Shown piece by piece: positions 8,628 through 17,530 of a stretch of DNA of 64,000 nucleotides. The stretch lies in contig PLWW01000018.1 in the NCBI GenBank assembly GCA_003153125.1, forward strand, positions 2,723 through 66,722, given 5' to 3'. A model generated the notes under the pieces. It searched no databases, had not been told where the DNA came from, and was given only the letters and a program-made list of their open reading frames with translations. Made by a program: the position numbers and the translations under genes. Position 1 is the first letter of the stretch. Each line of letters starts with the position of its first letter. The stretch is from Candidatus Dormiibacterota bacterium. GTDB lineage: Bacteria; Chloroflexota; Dormibacteria; Aeolococcales; Aeolococcaceae.

Positions 8628-10235
8628 TCAGCAGGGAATCGTCGACAGAACCTGCCGGAAGTTGTTGTAACGGTTGGTCGGGCCGCCACCGGTGGTCGTG
8701 TACGTGCTGTTCAGCAGCGTGCCGTACTGGGCGTTCTGACCGAAGTCATTGGTGCTCCCGGGGATGTGGTTGCCGAGCTGCCACATGCAGGAACCGCCCA
8801 CCTTGGTGGTGCTGAAGAACGGGTAGAACAGGGCCGGCGACGGGAATCCGCTCGGACCGAGGTCGTCGGTCGTCGGGATGAGCGTGCAGCCGGCGCCGGT
8901 GAAGCGATCACAGACAGTCGAGTCCTCGATGCGCGGGAGGTCCGCTTCGAAGGCCATGCGCTGGAACTTGTGACCATTGCTCACGGGGCTGGAGAACTGG
9001 ATCGCTGTCGGGTGCAGAGCGGTGTTGCCGTCGGGCCACACCGGCGTGTAGGGCACGCCATCGAAGCCGGTGTTGGTTCCGAGGCATCCGCTGACCTGGA
9101 CCAGCGACGAGGCTGTCTTGTCGAAGCAGCCGAAGTCATCGCCGTCCGCCGCCTCCGTGGTGATGCCGGTGCCTTCGGTGGTGCTGCAGTTGCCGCCGAA
9201 CGTGACCGAGGGGTCGTTGCAGTAGTCGAAGTGGCCGGTCTCGTCGGCGAACGCGACGTTGTACGAGTGAGCCGCCCAGGTGACACGGGTCTGCTCAGAC
9301 GACGTGCTGTACATGGGATGGAAGTCGTAGGGGATGTTGTTGCAGCTCGTGCCTGTGGGGTCGTACTGCACCTGGCCAAAACCATTGGCGGCGCTGGTGG
9401 TCATCGACCCGGTCCTGCCCGTGGTCTTGTCCTTGATGACGATCTGAAGACCGTGGGCGGTATCGTGCTCGTTCACCGACAACTTGTCCCCGGAGTTCAT
9501 GAAGAGATCCGCCGCCGCGTTGGGGGTGAACGTGTTGATGGTGGAGCTCACCGGGTTGGGTGGCGACAGCGGCTGCGGCGTGCCACTCTTGGTGATGAAC
9601 GCGAAGTTGACGTACTCGAGACCCGCATGCGCCTGGCAGGTTGCGTTCTGGCTCTGCCCGGTGACCGGGTTCTGCGAGAGGCTGTCGATGTTGAGAGCCG
9701 CGCACCACTTGGTGGGGTCACAGCTGTTGCCCGCGGGCCAGTTCACCCATCCGGGCGGGTAGAACTGCATCTCCATGAACGCCGTACCCGGGTGCGCCGG
9801 GGAGATCGCCGGGTCCACGATGTTGGTGTCGCTGTCCGGTGTGCATGTGCTCACCTGCTCCGGGTAGGACTGGGTGTCGCACAGAGCCATGCCGAACCAG
9901 AACGCGGGATGCAGCTGGAAGTTGTAGGACTTGCCCGGCGTCAGCGGTGCGGTCGGGGTTGGGTCCTTGGGCAGCGTGAGCTGCCACTGGTTGGAGTTTC
10001 CCGAGCCCGGGCGGTTCGAGTAGAAGAGCGTCGACGGCTCATCATGGCCGACGTACACCCCTTCTCCGAACACCGCCTCCGAGTCGAGGACCTCGGTACA
10101 CGTGGCGGATTTCGTACAGCTCAGGATGCTGTGAGCCGCCGTCGCCTGGGCGACCGAGCCTCCCCCTTGGAACCCCGCCAGCGTCGCCAGCGGCAGTGCC
10201 GCCAGGAGCAGGAGCTTGCCTGTCGATGACCTCAT
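8628..10235 (-). CDS. Secreted Cys-rich hypothetical protein (unknown function)
   Basis: The likely start MRSSTGKLLLLAALPLATLAGFQ is a signal peptide. There are about 20 Cys residues and no recognisable catalytic motif. The ORF-track start (10310) is probably too long. Confidence 0.6.
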   Translation of the reverse strand: MRSSTGKLLLLAALPLATLAGFQGGGSVAQATAAHSILSCTKSATCTEVLDSEAVFGEGVYVGHDEPSTLFYSNRPGSGNSNQWQLTLPKDPTPTAPLTPGKSYNFQLHPAFWFGMALCDTQSYPEQVSTCTPDSDTNIVDPAISPAHPGTAFMEMQFYPPGWVNWPAGNSCDPTKWCAALNIDSLSQNPVTGQSQNATCQAHAGLEYVNFAFITKSGTPQPLSPPNPVSSTINTFTPNAAADLFMNSGDKLSVNEHDTAHGLQIVIKDKTTGRTGSMTTSAANGFGQVQYDPTGTSCNNIPYDFHPMYSTSSEQTRVTWAAHSYNVAFADETGHFDYCNDPSVTFGGNCSTTEGTGITTEAADGDDFGCFDKTASSLVQVSGCLGTNTGFDGVPYTPVWPDGNTALHPTAIQFSSPVSNGHKFQRMAFEADLPRIEDSTVCDRFTGAGCTLIPTTDDLGPSGFPSPALFYPFFSTTKVGGSCMWQLGNHIPGSTNDFGQNAQYGTLLNSTYTTTGGGPTNRYNNFRQVLSTIPC

Positions 10236-10444
10236 ACTCGCGCACCTCCACGCCGCCCGATGGATCTTTCGGAGCCGGCGGCCCGCTCCGTCAGGGCGCA
10301 CAGTGTGCACCTTCTTCGCACGGTTTGCAGCGTTGGATACTTTCGCGCACTAAGACGCGCAAGACCGTTAGGCAGCGCTGGCTGCGCTTGCTCTCTCCCA
10401 GAGGCTGGCCGGGCAGGCGGCGAGACGTGGCTTCGGCCGCTGCC

Positions 10445-10450
10445 TAGAAT
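10445..10450 (+). promoter_or_regulatory. Candidate -10 element (TAGAAT) positioned for a leaderless transcript starting at the 10457 ATG
   Basis: The TANAAT-type hexamer lies 6 nt upstream of the ATG, with no Shine-Dalgarno between. Confidence 0.25.
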
Positions 10451-10456
10451 GCCGGC

Positions 10457-10924
10457 ATGGTTCGCCGGTTGATTGCCGCCCTGCTGGCCTGGTGTGCCGC
10501 GGCCGTCGCGGCCGTCGCCGGGCTGATTGCGCCGGACGGCGGACAACCCCTCTCGGTCGTGCTCTTCGCACTTGCGGCCATGCTTGGCGGGGTGGGCGGT
10601 CTGCTGTTGGCGCGGGGCGTGCGCCACCGTGCGGTACGACGTCGCGCCGCGGCGGCGGCCGCCGCAGTGACCCTCGCCCGCCTCGAATACCTCGCGGCTG
10701 TGACGACGCGCACCCCGCTTCTCCTCTGGCGCGGCGACGCCTCGCCGGCGGGGCTCGCCGGCCGGGTGGCGGCGGCGCGGGCCCCCGGGGAAGTGACCCT
10801 GCGCGGGTCGGCGCAACGGCCGCGTCCTGCCCAGCCCGTCACGACGCGGGAGAATCCAGCGCCCGCCAGCAGTACCACGCGGCCGCGGACCGGTACGGCC
10901 GAAGTGGGTCGCCCAGGGCGCTGA
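10457..10924 (+). CDS. Hypothetical small membrane protein (possibly leaderless; tentative)
   Basis: The ORF has two hydrophobic helices. TAGAAT lies at 10445-10450, 6 nt upstream of the ATG, which is a leaderless-mRNA geometry. The 3' end overlaps the convergent alkA-like gene, so the true stop and reality are uncertain. Confidence 0.25.
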   Translation: MVRRLIAALLAWCAAAVAAVAGLIAPDGGQPLSVVLFALAAMLGGVGGLLLARGVRHRAVRRRAAAAAAAVTLARLEYLAAVTTRTPLLLWRGDASPAGLAGRVAAARAPGEVTLRGSAQRPRPAQPVTTRENPAPASSTTRPRTGTAEVGRPGR

Positions 10925-11501
10925 GCTGCCGCGGCGGGGGCATGTCCACCGACTGGTGGATGCGGGACCAGCCCTTGCGCACGCCGAAGTCGTCGATCGG
11001 CCAGACGTCGGGTCGGCCGAGGTCGAAGAGCAGGAACATCTCCGCGGTCCAGCGGCCCACGCCGCGAACCACTGTCAGGCGGGCCACGACCTCGTCATCG
11101 GAAAGAGATGCCAGCTGCGCCTCGGGAATGGTGCCGTCGAGGAACCTGGCCGCCAGGTCGCGGATCGCGGTCACCTTGGCGCCCGACAGCCCGCAGGCGC
11201 GGAGCGTGTCGACCGGTGTTGCGACGACGGCGGCGGGGGTCGGCGGATCGTCTCCGAAGAGAGCGACGAAGCGCCCGTGGATCGCTGCGGCGGCGCGTCC
11301 CGCCAGCTGCTGGTGAGTGATCGAGCGGGTGAGTGTGCCGAAGGCGTCCCCATGGGGCGGTGGCGGCATGAAGGGCCTGCTGGCACGCACGACAGCCGCG
11401 AAGGCCGGGTCGATGCCCACGAGGTGGGCGGCCACCGCTGCGGGCGAGCGCGGGCGCCGAGGACGCGGTTGTGGCGCGCTGCTGCCCGGGGCGATGCTCA
11501 T
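10839..11501 (-). CDS. DNA-3-methyladenine glycosylase II-like HhH-GPD base-excision glycosylase
   Basis: An HhH-GPD core (LRACGLSGAKVTAIRDLA...VVRGVGRWTAEMFLLF) with the catalytic Asp region WPIDDFGVRKG. Confidence 0.75.
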   Translation of the reverse strand: MSIAPGSSAPQPRPRRPRSPAAVAAHLVGIDPAFAAVVRASRPFMPPPPHGDAFGTLTRSITHQQLAGRAAAAIHGRFVALFGDDPPTPAAVVATPVDTLRACGLSGAKVTAIRDLAARFLDGTIPEAQLASLSDDEVVARLTVVRGVGRWTAEMFLLFDLGRPDVWPIDDFGVRKGWSRIHQSVDMPPPRQLSALGDPLRPYRSAAAWYCWRALDSPAS

Positions 11502-11523
11502 CGAGGTGACGGCAACGCGACGC

Positions 11524-14022
11524 TCACTGCCGTCGGGCGATGTCGAGCAGGCGCAGGGTGGCCGCCTTGGCGTCGATGCGCGCGCCTGCAGGGCCCACGC
11601 AGGACGGGCAGCCGGACTCGCAACCGCAGCCCTTCACAAGCTCGGTGGCCATGCGCACGAGGTCGCCGTGACACTGTTGGCAGCGCTCCGCGAAGCCGAC
11701 GCCGCCCGCCACCGAGTCGTAGATGTATGCGGTTGGCCAGCCGGCCTCCACCGCCACCGCGTCGGGCGTGCCTCCGGGCCGCCACCCCGGGGTGACTTCC
11801 TGCGGCTCGGCCGCGGTGGCGGTGGGTGCGCCGCGCACCGCTGCAGGGGACGGCGCTGCGCGCATCTGGGCCTGGGCGCCGAGGTCACGCGGGTCGCACA
11901 TGCAGAGCAGGCAGGCGGCGGCATGGAACGCGGCAGCGAGGCCGCTGAGGCCGCCGTCGAGCTCGGCCCTGGCCATGTGCTGAAGGGCGCGCGGGTCGAA
12001 CGCGGTCCACGCCGCGATGGTGTGAAGGTCCTGCTCCGGCAGTGAGATGGGCCCGGCGCCCACGTTCTCGTGGGTCAGGAAGCGCACCTTCTTGTACATG
12101 GTGGCGAGGCGGCTCACGCGCACCTCGCCGAGGGAGTGGCGGCACTCGTCGCCCACCGGCCCCTCGTAGCGCTCCAGGATCTGCAGCGTGGTCCGCGTCT
12201 CGGCCAGCGTGAAGTGATCGACGCTCACCGGGTGCACGTAGGCGCGCTTCTCCTCCCAGTCGAGGCGCTCGACATGAAACTGGCGTCCCTCGTGCAGGTA
12301 GATGGCGTCGTCGTGGACCAGAACCGGGGCCGCGAACTGGTCCACCTCGCCGATGACGCGGCCGTCGCTTCCCGGCCGCCCTCCCCCGCTGCCTGCCCAC
12401 GGCCCCTGGGGTCCCTGCCCTGGGCCGGCCGCCCCCGTCGAGGTATCGATGATCACCACGTTGGTGGCGGCGGCGCGGCGCAGGGAGATGGCCTCCGCGG
12501 GGAAGGCGTCAGCGGCCCAGTGATATCGCGAGCCGCTGCGATGCACAAGACCGTCGTCGCGGAACAGCTCGAGGAGTGCGCCGGTCGTCTCAGTGCCACT
12601 GGCCCCGAAGGAGTCGCCCGCCTCGAAGGCGAGTTCGAACGCCGCCGCCTGGAGATGGCCGCCCAGCACCAGGAGGTTGTCGGGGTTGATCAGGCCGTGC
12701 TCGGGTGGCGCGTCGAGCAGGTACCTCGGGTTGTTCACAAGGAACTGGTCGAGCGGCGAATCTGTGGCGATGAACACGCCCAGCGACTCGCTGTCGCGCC
12801 GGCCCGCGCGGCCGATCTGTTGCCATGTCGACGCGATGCTGCCGGGGTAACCGACAAGGATGGCCGCATCGAGATTGCCGATGTCGATGCCCAGCTCGAG
12901 CGCGTTGGTGCTGACCACGCCGCGCACGCTGCCGTCGCGCAGGCCGGCCTCGATGGCGCGCCGCTCCAGGGGGAGGTAGCCGCCGCGATAGCCGCGCACC
13001 GGGAAGGGGCCGCCCTGTCGCGGTGCGGGGTGCAGCCTCTGCAGGTAGGTGAGCAGCACCTCGACGTTGGAGCGGCTGCGGGTGAACGCGATGGTCTGGA
13101 GGTCGCGTTTCAGGAGCTCCGTCATGAGACGCCGCGCCTCGAGGGTGGCCGACCGCCTCAGGCCCATCGTCCCGTCGACCAGCGGTGGGTTCCAGAACCA
13201 CAGCCGCCGCGCCGCCCGCGGTGCGCCGTTGCGGTCCACCAGTCGGACGGGGCGCTCGAGCAGCGTCTCGGCCAGCTCGCGGGGGTTGGCGATGGTGGCG
13301 CTGCAGGCGATGACCGTCGGGTTGCTGCCGTAGAACCGGCACAGCCGCAACAGCCGGCGCAGCACGTTGGCAAGGTGCGAGCCGAACAGGCCCCGGTAGG
13401 CGTGCAACTCGTCGATGACGATGTAGCGCAGGTGCTGGAAGAGACGCACCCAGCTGGTGTGGTGCGGAAGGATCCCCCCATGCAGCATGTCCGGGTTGGT
13501 CACCACGATGTTGCCGTCGTTGCGGACCGCGCGACGCAGCCCGGGAGCGGTGTCGCCGTCATATGTCGCCGCGCGCAGGCCCTCGGGGAGGTGCGCGGCG
13601 ATGTCCTGGAGGCCGGCCAGCTGGTCCTGCGCCAGAGCCTTGGTGGGGAAGAGCCACAGCGAGCGAACCTCGGGGTCATGCAGCCAGGCGTCGAGCACTG
13701 GCACGGCGAAGGCCAGCGTCTTGCCGCTGGCGGTGGGCGTGACCACCACCACGTCGCGGCCGGCGAGGGCGTGGTCGATGGCCTCGGCCTGGTGGATATA
13801 GGGGCGGTCGATGCCGCGCGCCTGCAGAGCCAAGACGACGCGAGGGTCGAGGCTGGGCGCCCACGTGCCGAAGCTCGCTTGGTTGGCCGGGATCAGCTCC
13901 TCATGGACGATGCGTCCCGCCACGGTCGCACTGGCGCACAGTTGCGCCAGGGCGCCGGCAACAGGGTCGATGAGCGTGGCCACGGTGGCCGGCAGTGTAG
14001 CGAACGTCTGTTCGTCTGACAA
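11524..14022 (-). CDS. DEAD/DEAH-box helicase with C-terminal DUF1998 four-Cys domain (MrfA-like)
   Basis: Walker A TPTASGKT, the DEAH-like box VIDELH, helicase C motifs (IATDSPLDQ, QQIGRAGRR) and the C-terminal C-x-C...C-x2-C (CGCESGCPSCV) typical of DUF1998. The start is uncertain; a TTG near 14022 or an upstream position up to 14142 is possible. Confidence 0.85.
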   Translation of the reverse strand: MSDEQTFATLPATVATLIDPVAGALAQLCASATVAGRIVHEELIPANQASFGTWAPSLDPRVVLALQARGIDRPYIHQAEAIDHALAGRDVVVVTPTASGKTLAFAVPVLDAWLHDPEVRSLWLFPTKALAQDQLAGLQDIAAHLPEGLRAATYDGDTAPGLRRAVRNDGNIVVTNPDMLHGGILPHHTSWVRLFQHLRYIVIDELHAYRGLFGSHLANVLRRLLRLCRFYGSNPTVIACSATIANPRELAETLLERPVRLVDRNGAPRAARRLWFWNPPLVDGTMGLRRSATLEARRLMTELLKRDLQTIAFTRSRSNVEVLLTYLQRLHPAPRQGGPFPVRGYRGGYLPLERRAIEAGLRDGSVRGVVSTNALELGIDIGNLDAAILVGYPGSIASTWQQIGRAGRRDSESLGVFIATDSPLDQFLVNNPRYLLDAPPEHGLINPDNLLVLGGHLQAAAFELAFEAGDSFGASGTETTGALLELFRDDGLVHRSGSRYHWAADAFPAEAISLRRAAATNVVIIDTSTGAAGPGQGPQGPWAGSGGGRPGSDGRVIGEVDQFAAPVLVHDDAIYLHEGRQFHVERLDWEEKRAYVHPVSVDHFTLAETRTTLQILERYEGPVGDECRHSLGEVRVSRLATMYKKVRFLTHENVGAGPISLPEQDLHTIAAWTAFDPRALQHMARAELDGGLSGLAAAFHAAACLLCMCDPRDLGAQAQMRAAPSPAAVRGAPTATAAEPQEVTPGWRPGGTPDAVAVEAGWPTAYIYDSVAGGVGFAERCQQCHGDLVRMATELVKGCGCESGCPSCVGPAGARIDAKAATLRLLDIARRQ

Positions 14023-14114
14023 CCTGGCCGCGGCCCTGCCCTCCTGGCCATCCACACAGCGCCCGCTGCGGGGCGGTACGGTTTCCCCCCAATCCGAGAC
14101 AAGGAGGGACAGCG

Positions 14115-14492
14115 GTGCTTGAAGGTGCCACGGCTCACACAACCCTGCCGGCGATGGACATGGACCGGGCCGCGCAGTTCTACACCGAAAAGGTCGGGGC
14201 GGTACCTGAGGAGTCAGGTCCGGGCGGAGCGTTCTTCACAGTCGGAGGCTCCACCTTCAGCATCTACCCGACACCCAATCCGAGCCGCGGCGGCCACACT
14301 CAGATGGGGCTGCGCGTGCCGGATGTCCGCGCGGCCGTGGCCGACCTGCGCTCACGTGGCATCGTCTTCGAGGAGTACGACTTCCCGGGGTTGAAGACGG
14401 TGGATGGCATCGCGGAGACGGGCGGTGTGTCGGCCGCCTGGTTCAAGGACACCGAGGACAACACCATCGGAGTCGTGCAGGTCAACTTCTAG
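14115..14492 (+). CDS. VOC (glyoxalase/bleomycin-resistance/dioxygenase) family protein
   Basis: About 125 aa with a VOC-fold pattern. GTG start with Shine-Dalgarno AAGGAGGG 7 nt upstream. Confidence 0.75.
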   Translation: MLEGATAHTTLPAMDMDRAAQFYTEKVGAVPEESGPGGAFFTVGGSTFSIYPTPNPSRGGHTQMGLRVPDVRAAVADLRSRGIVFEEYDFPGLKTVDGIAETGGVSAAWFKDTEDNTIGVVQVNF

Positions 14493-14537
14493 CCGTTCAC
14501 CGGCAAGGCCGGACGCGGTCAGGGCCTGGGCCGCGGC

Positions 14538-14810
14538 TCAGCGACGCGCAAGCATGGTCAGTGCGGAGTAATTCGTTCCCACCGCCTGGATGATCTCGAC
14601 GTGGCGATGGCAGTACATGGCGTTGAACGCCATCTGGCGGTGGTCCTTGCACCAGGCGCCGCCGCAGTTGCGGAGATGGCTGTCGACGTACGAGCATCGG
14701 ACGGCCGCCGTGCTGTGGCAGCCGGGCTCGGAACACACGATGGTCACGCGCCGAAGCGCTGACGAGAGGTGCGGCGCTGGTTGGATGGAGGCAGGGGAGT
14801 GATGAAACAC
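14538..14810 (-). CDS. Small Cys/His-rich hypothetical protein (possible metal-binding)
   Basis: The 90-aa ORF contains the CSEPGCHSTAAVRC...C..C..H..C.H pattern. It lies in an otherwise gene-free gap and is low confidence. Confidence 0.3.
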   Translation of the reverse strand: MFHHSPASIQPAPHLSSALRRVTIVCSEPGCHSTAAVRCSYVDSHLRNCGGAWCKDHRQMAFNAMYCHRHVEIIQAVGTNYSALTMLARR

Positions 14811-14922
14811 GTGTCAACCTGTGGATTGGTCACCAACGTACACCCGATCTCCACCTCTGTGTGATGAAGCAGCGGTGACGGCTGGGCAACGCAACCACTG
14901 TGCCGGCACTCCTTGCACGCGT

Positions 14923-15843
14923 TCAGCGGCCGCGAATGTCCTGGCGGCTCAGCCGTGGACCGAAACGTGGCGCCCCGTGACCCCCGGACATGAGCAGCAG
15001 GATGACCCTGCCGCGCTGTCCCGCGTAGGGCTCGAGCAGCTGCAGCATCCGCTCATCAGTGCCACGCGGCTCTCCGGCGAGCGCGTTGGCAACGACGTTG
15101 GGAACGTGGTAGTCGCCCAGCGGCACGGCATCCGGGTCCCCGTGGCTCAGCGCCGTCACCTGCGCCGCCGTCCACGGACCCACACCGGGGAGTGACCGCA
15201 GCCTCCGTCGAGCCTCGTCAGCGGGCACTTCGACGAGCGCGTTCAACGTTCCTGCCCGCTGCGCAGCGTGGACGATCGTGGACGCGCGGCGCCACTCGAC
15301 GTTGCATGCGTGGAACGTCCAGGACGGTGTCGCCGCAAGGCGTTTCGGGTCGGGGGGCAGCAGCAGCCGCGCTTCTCCCGGAGCCGGTTCGCTGACCCGC
15401 CGGACCAGGTCGCGGTAGGCCCGGCGCGCGTCCATCCCCACCACCTTCTGGGCCAGAACCACCCACACGAGGGCGTCGAACACCGGCGTTCCCGCGGTGA
15501 GTCGCAGCCCCGGTCTGCGACGCCACGCCTCGGCGAGCGCGTGGTGGCGAATCTGGAGCAGCTCTGGGTGGTCGTGCAGCCCGGCGAGGTGAGGGGCGAG
15601 ATCGAGAGCCGCAGCGGCCCCAGGTCCCACGGCACTGGCCACGAGCTCATCACCGTCGCAGCGCAGGTGGAGCGTCGCCGGCCCCGACGGGGTGCGCAGC
15701 GCACGCCAGACCTCCCCGCCGGCGACCCTGATGGTCGGGTCGTCCAGTCCCTGGCGCAGCGGCGACACGGTGGCGACGAGGTCGAAGGGCTGGGGCAGCC
15801 GATCACGGCGCGCAGGGACGCCGGTGTCTGTGATGACGGTCAC
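14923..15843 (-). CDS. HhH-GPD DNA glycosylase (AlkA-like, with N-terminal domain)
   Basis: An HhH motif LRSLPGVGPWTAAQV followed by Asp (DYH), with an AlkA-like N-terminal domain. The start is probably the GTG near 15843. Confidence 0.7.
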   Translation of the reverse strand: MTVITDTGVPARRDRLPQPFDLVATVSPLRQGLDDPTIRVAGGEVWRALRTPSGPATLHLRCDGDELVASAVGPGAAAALDLAPHLAGLHDHPELLQIRHHALAEAWRRRPGLRLTAGTPVFDALVWVVLAQKVVGMDARRAYRDLVRRVSEPAPGEARLLLPPDPKRLAATPSWTFHACNVEWRRASTIVHAAQRAGTLNALVEVPADEARRRLRSLPGVGPWTAAQVTALSHGDPDAVPLGDYHVPNVVANALAGEPRGTDERMLQLLEPYAGQRGRVILLLMSGGHGAPRFGPRLSRQDIRGR

Positions 15844-15953
15844 GCCCCGACCATAGCGATGCCGCGTCCCCACCTCGCCGGGCGGGCTCCGCGAGGCAAG
15901 CGCCGACGCTCGCGTCGTTTTGCGCTCGCCCGGGATCGGGTACAACTCTGATC

Positions 15954-16928
15954 GTGCCGACGGCCTTTCAGGACTATTACGCGATCCTCGGCGTCCCCCG
16001 CACGGCGACGCAGAAGGAGATCAAGGCCGCCTTCCGCAAGCTCGCCCGCAAGCACCACCCCGACCTCAACCAGGGCGATCCCGCCGCCGAGGGCCGATTC
16101 AAGGCGGCCAACGAGGCCAACGAGGTTCTCGGCGACCCCGAGAAGCGCCGTCTCTACGACGAGGTTGGGCCTCGCTGGCGCGAGTACGAGGCCTGGGACA
16201 AGGCGGGGCGGCCGGGCGCGTCGCCCTTCGCGGCCCCGGGGGGAGGCGGGGGCGGTCCGCAGGTGCAGTACCGCAGCGTCTCCCCGGATGAGCTGGAGAG
16301 CATGTTCGGCGACGCCGACCCCTTCTCCGACTTCTTCCACTCCATGTTCGGCCGCTCCGGCGGCTCCCGGCAACGCACTGCCACCGTGGCGCGCCGTGGC
16401 GACGACGTCGAGGGGTCCGCCGAGATCACCCTCGAGGAGGCATACACCGGCACGACACGCACCATCGAGCTGAGTGGCGGCGGTCGCACGCGACGCGTCG
16501 AGATCACCATCCCCGCCGGCGTCGCGGACGGCGCCCGCGTCCGCGCCGCCGGGCAGGGCGGGGAGGGCAGCGGACGATCCCCCGCTGGTGATCTCTTCGT
16601 CCGGGTCAGGATCCGTCCGCACCCTCGGTTCACGCGCTCCGGCTCCGACCTCCACGTCGGCGTGACCGTGCCGCTCGACGTGGCCCTTCTCGGAGGCGAG
16701 GTGGCTGTGCCGACATTGCGCGGGACGACTGCTCAGTTGCGGGTCGCGCCGGGCAAGCAGAACGGCGCGAAGCTGCGCCTGCGCGGTCTCGGCATGCCCA
16801 AACTGCGCGGCAGCGGCCACGGCGACCTCATCGCCGAGATCTCCGTGCGCCTGCCGGACGCGCTGAGCGAAACGACCGCGCAGCTGGCCAAGCAACTGCG
16901 GGCCGAACGCGAGGCCGCCGGCCTCTGA
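15954..16928 (+). CDS. DnaJ-domain co-chaperone lacking a Zn finger (CbpA-type)
   Basis: J domain DYYAILGVPRTATQKEIKAAFRKLARKHHPDLN with the HPD motif. A G/F-rich region and C-terminal DnaJ_C domains. No CxxCxGxG repeats. Confidence 0.85.
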   Translation: MPTAFQDYYAILGVPRTATQKEIKAAFRKLARKHHPDLNQGDPAAEGRFKAANEANEVLGDPEKRRLYDEVGPRWREYEAWDKAGRPGASPFAAPGGGGGGPQVQYRSVSPDELESMFGDADPFSDFFHSMFGRSGGSRQRTATVARRGDDVEGSAEITLEEAYTGTTRTIELSGGGRTRRVEITIPAGVADGARVRAAGQGGEGSGRSPAGDLFVRVRIRPHPRFTRSGSDLHVGVTVPLDVALLGGEVAVPTLRGTTAQLRVAPGKQNGAKLRLRGLGMPKLRGSGHGDLIAEISVRLPDALSETTAQLAKQLRAEREAAGL

Positions 16929-16931
16929 CGC

Positions 16932-17483
16932 TCAGGAGGCGATGCCGAAGAGGCTGCTGATGCGGCTGCGCAGGTCATCCTCGCTGATCGCCCCCATGAC
17001 CACCGAGACCAGCCGGCCGGAACTGCTGTAGAAGGCGGTCAGCGGCATGCCTCGAGCACCGAGGGCGTCGTGCAGGCCGCTGTCCTGCACGCCACCGATA
17101 TCGCGGGCCAGCGGCCACCCCGTGATGCCGTAGCGACGAGCCATGGCCAGCCCTTCCCCGTTCTCCAGGGAGTCGACCCCGGCGAATGTGACCTTGCCGG
17201 CGAGATCGTGGGCGACCGCCACCATGCCGGGAAGCTCCCCGCGGCAGGAGGTGCACCAGGAGGCGAAGAAGTCCAGGACGACGGGGTGGCCGTGAAGGTC
17301 GGACATGCGGACGACCCCGCCACCGCTGAGACGGGGCAGCTGCCACGTGGTGGGCTGCGTCGAGTTCGTCACCGGCTGTGGAGCCGACGACGAGGCTCGG
17401 GTGGCGACCAGCAGGGCGATGACGGCCACGGCGACAACCACGATGGCGCGCCAGGCGAGGGCGCGCACGGGGCGGATGGTCAC
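16932..17483 (-). CDS. TlpA/ResA-like thiol:disulfide oxidoreductase (thioredoxin fold, membrane-anchored)
   Basis: An N-terminal TM helix and the thioredoxin motif WCTSC. Confidence 0.8.
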   Translation of the reverse strand: MTIRPVRALAWRAIVVVAVAVIALLVATRASSSAPQPVTNSTQPTTWQLPRLSGGGVVRMSDLHGHPVVLDFFASWCTSCRGELPGMVAVAHDLAGKVTFAGVDSLENGEGLAMARRYGITGWPLARDIGGVQDSGLHDALGARGMPLTAFYSSSGRLVSVVMGAISEDDLRSRISSLFGIAS

Positions 17484-17530
17484 GCCGGCAATTGTCCACC
17501 CACAGCGGCACCGGCCCCCTCTTCGCAGCG

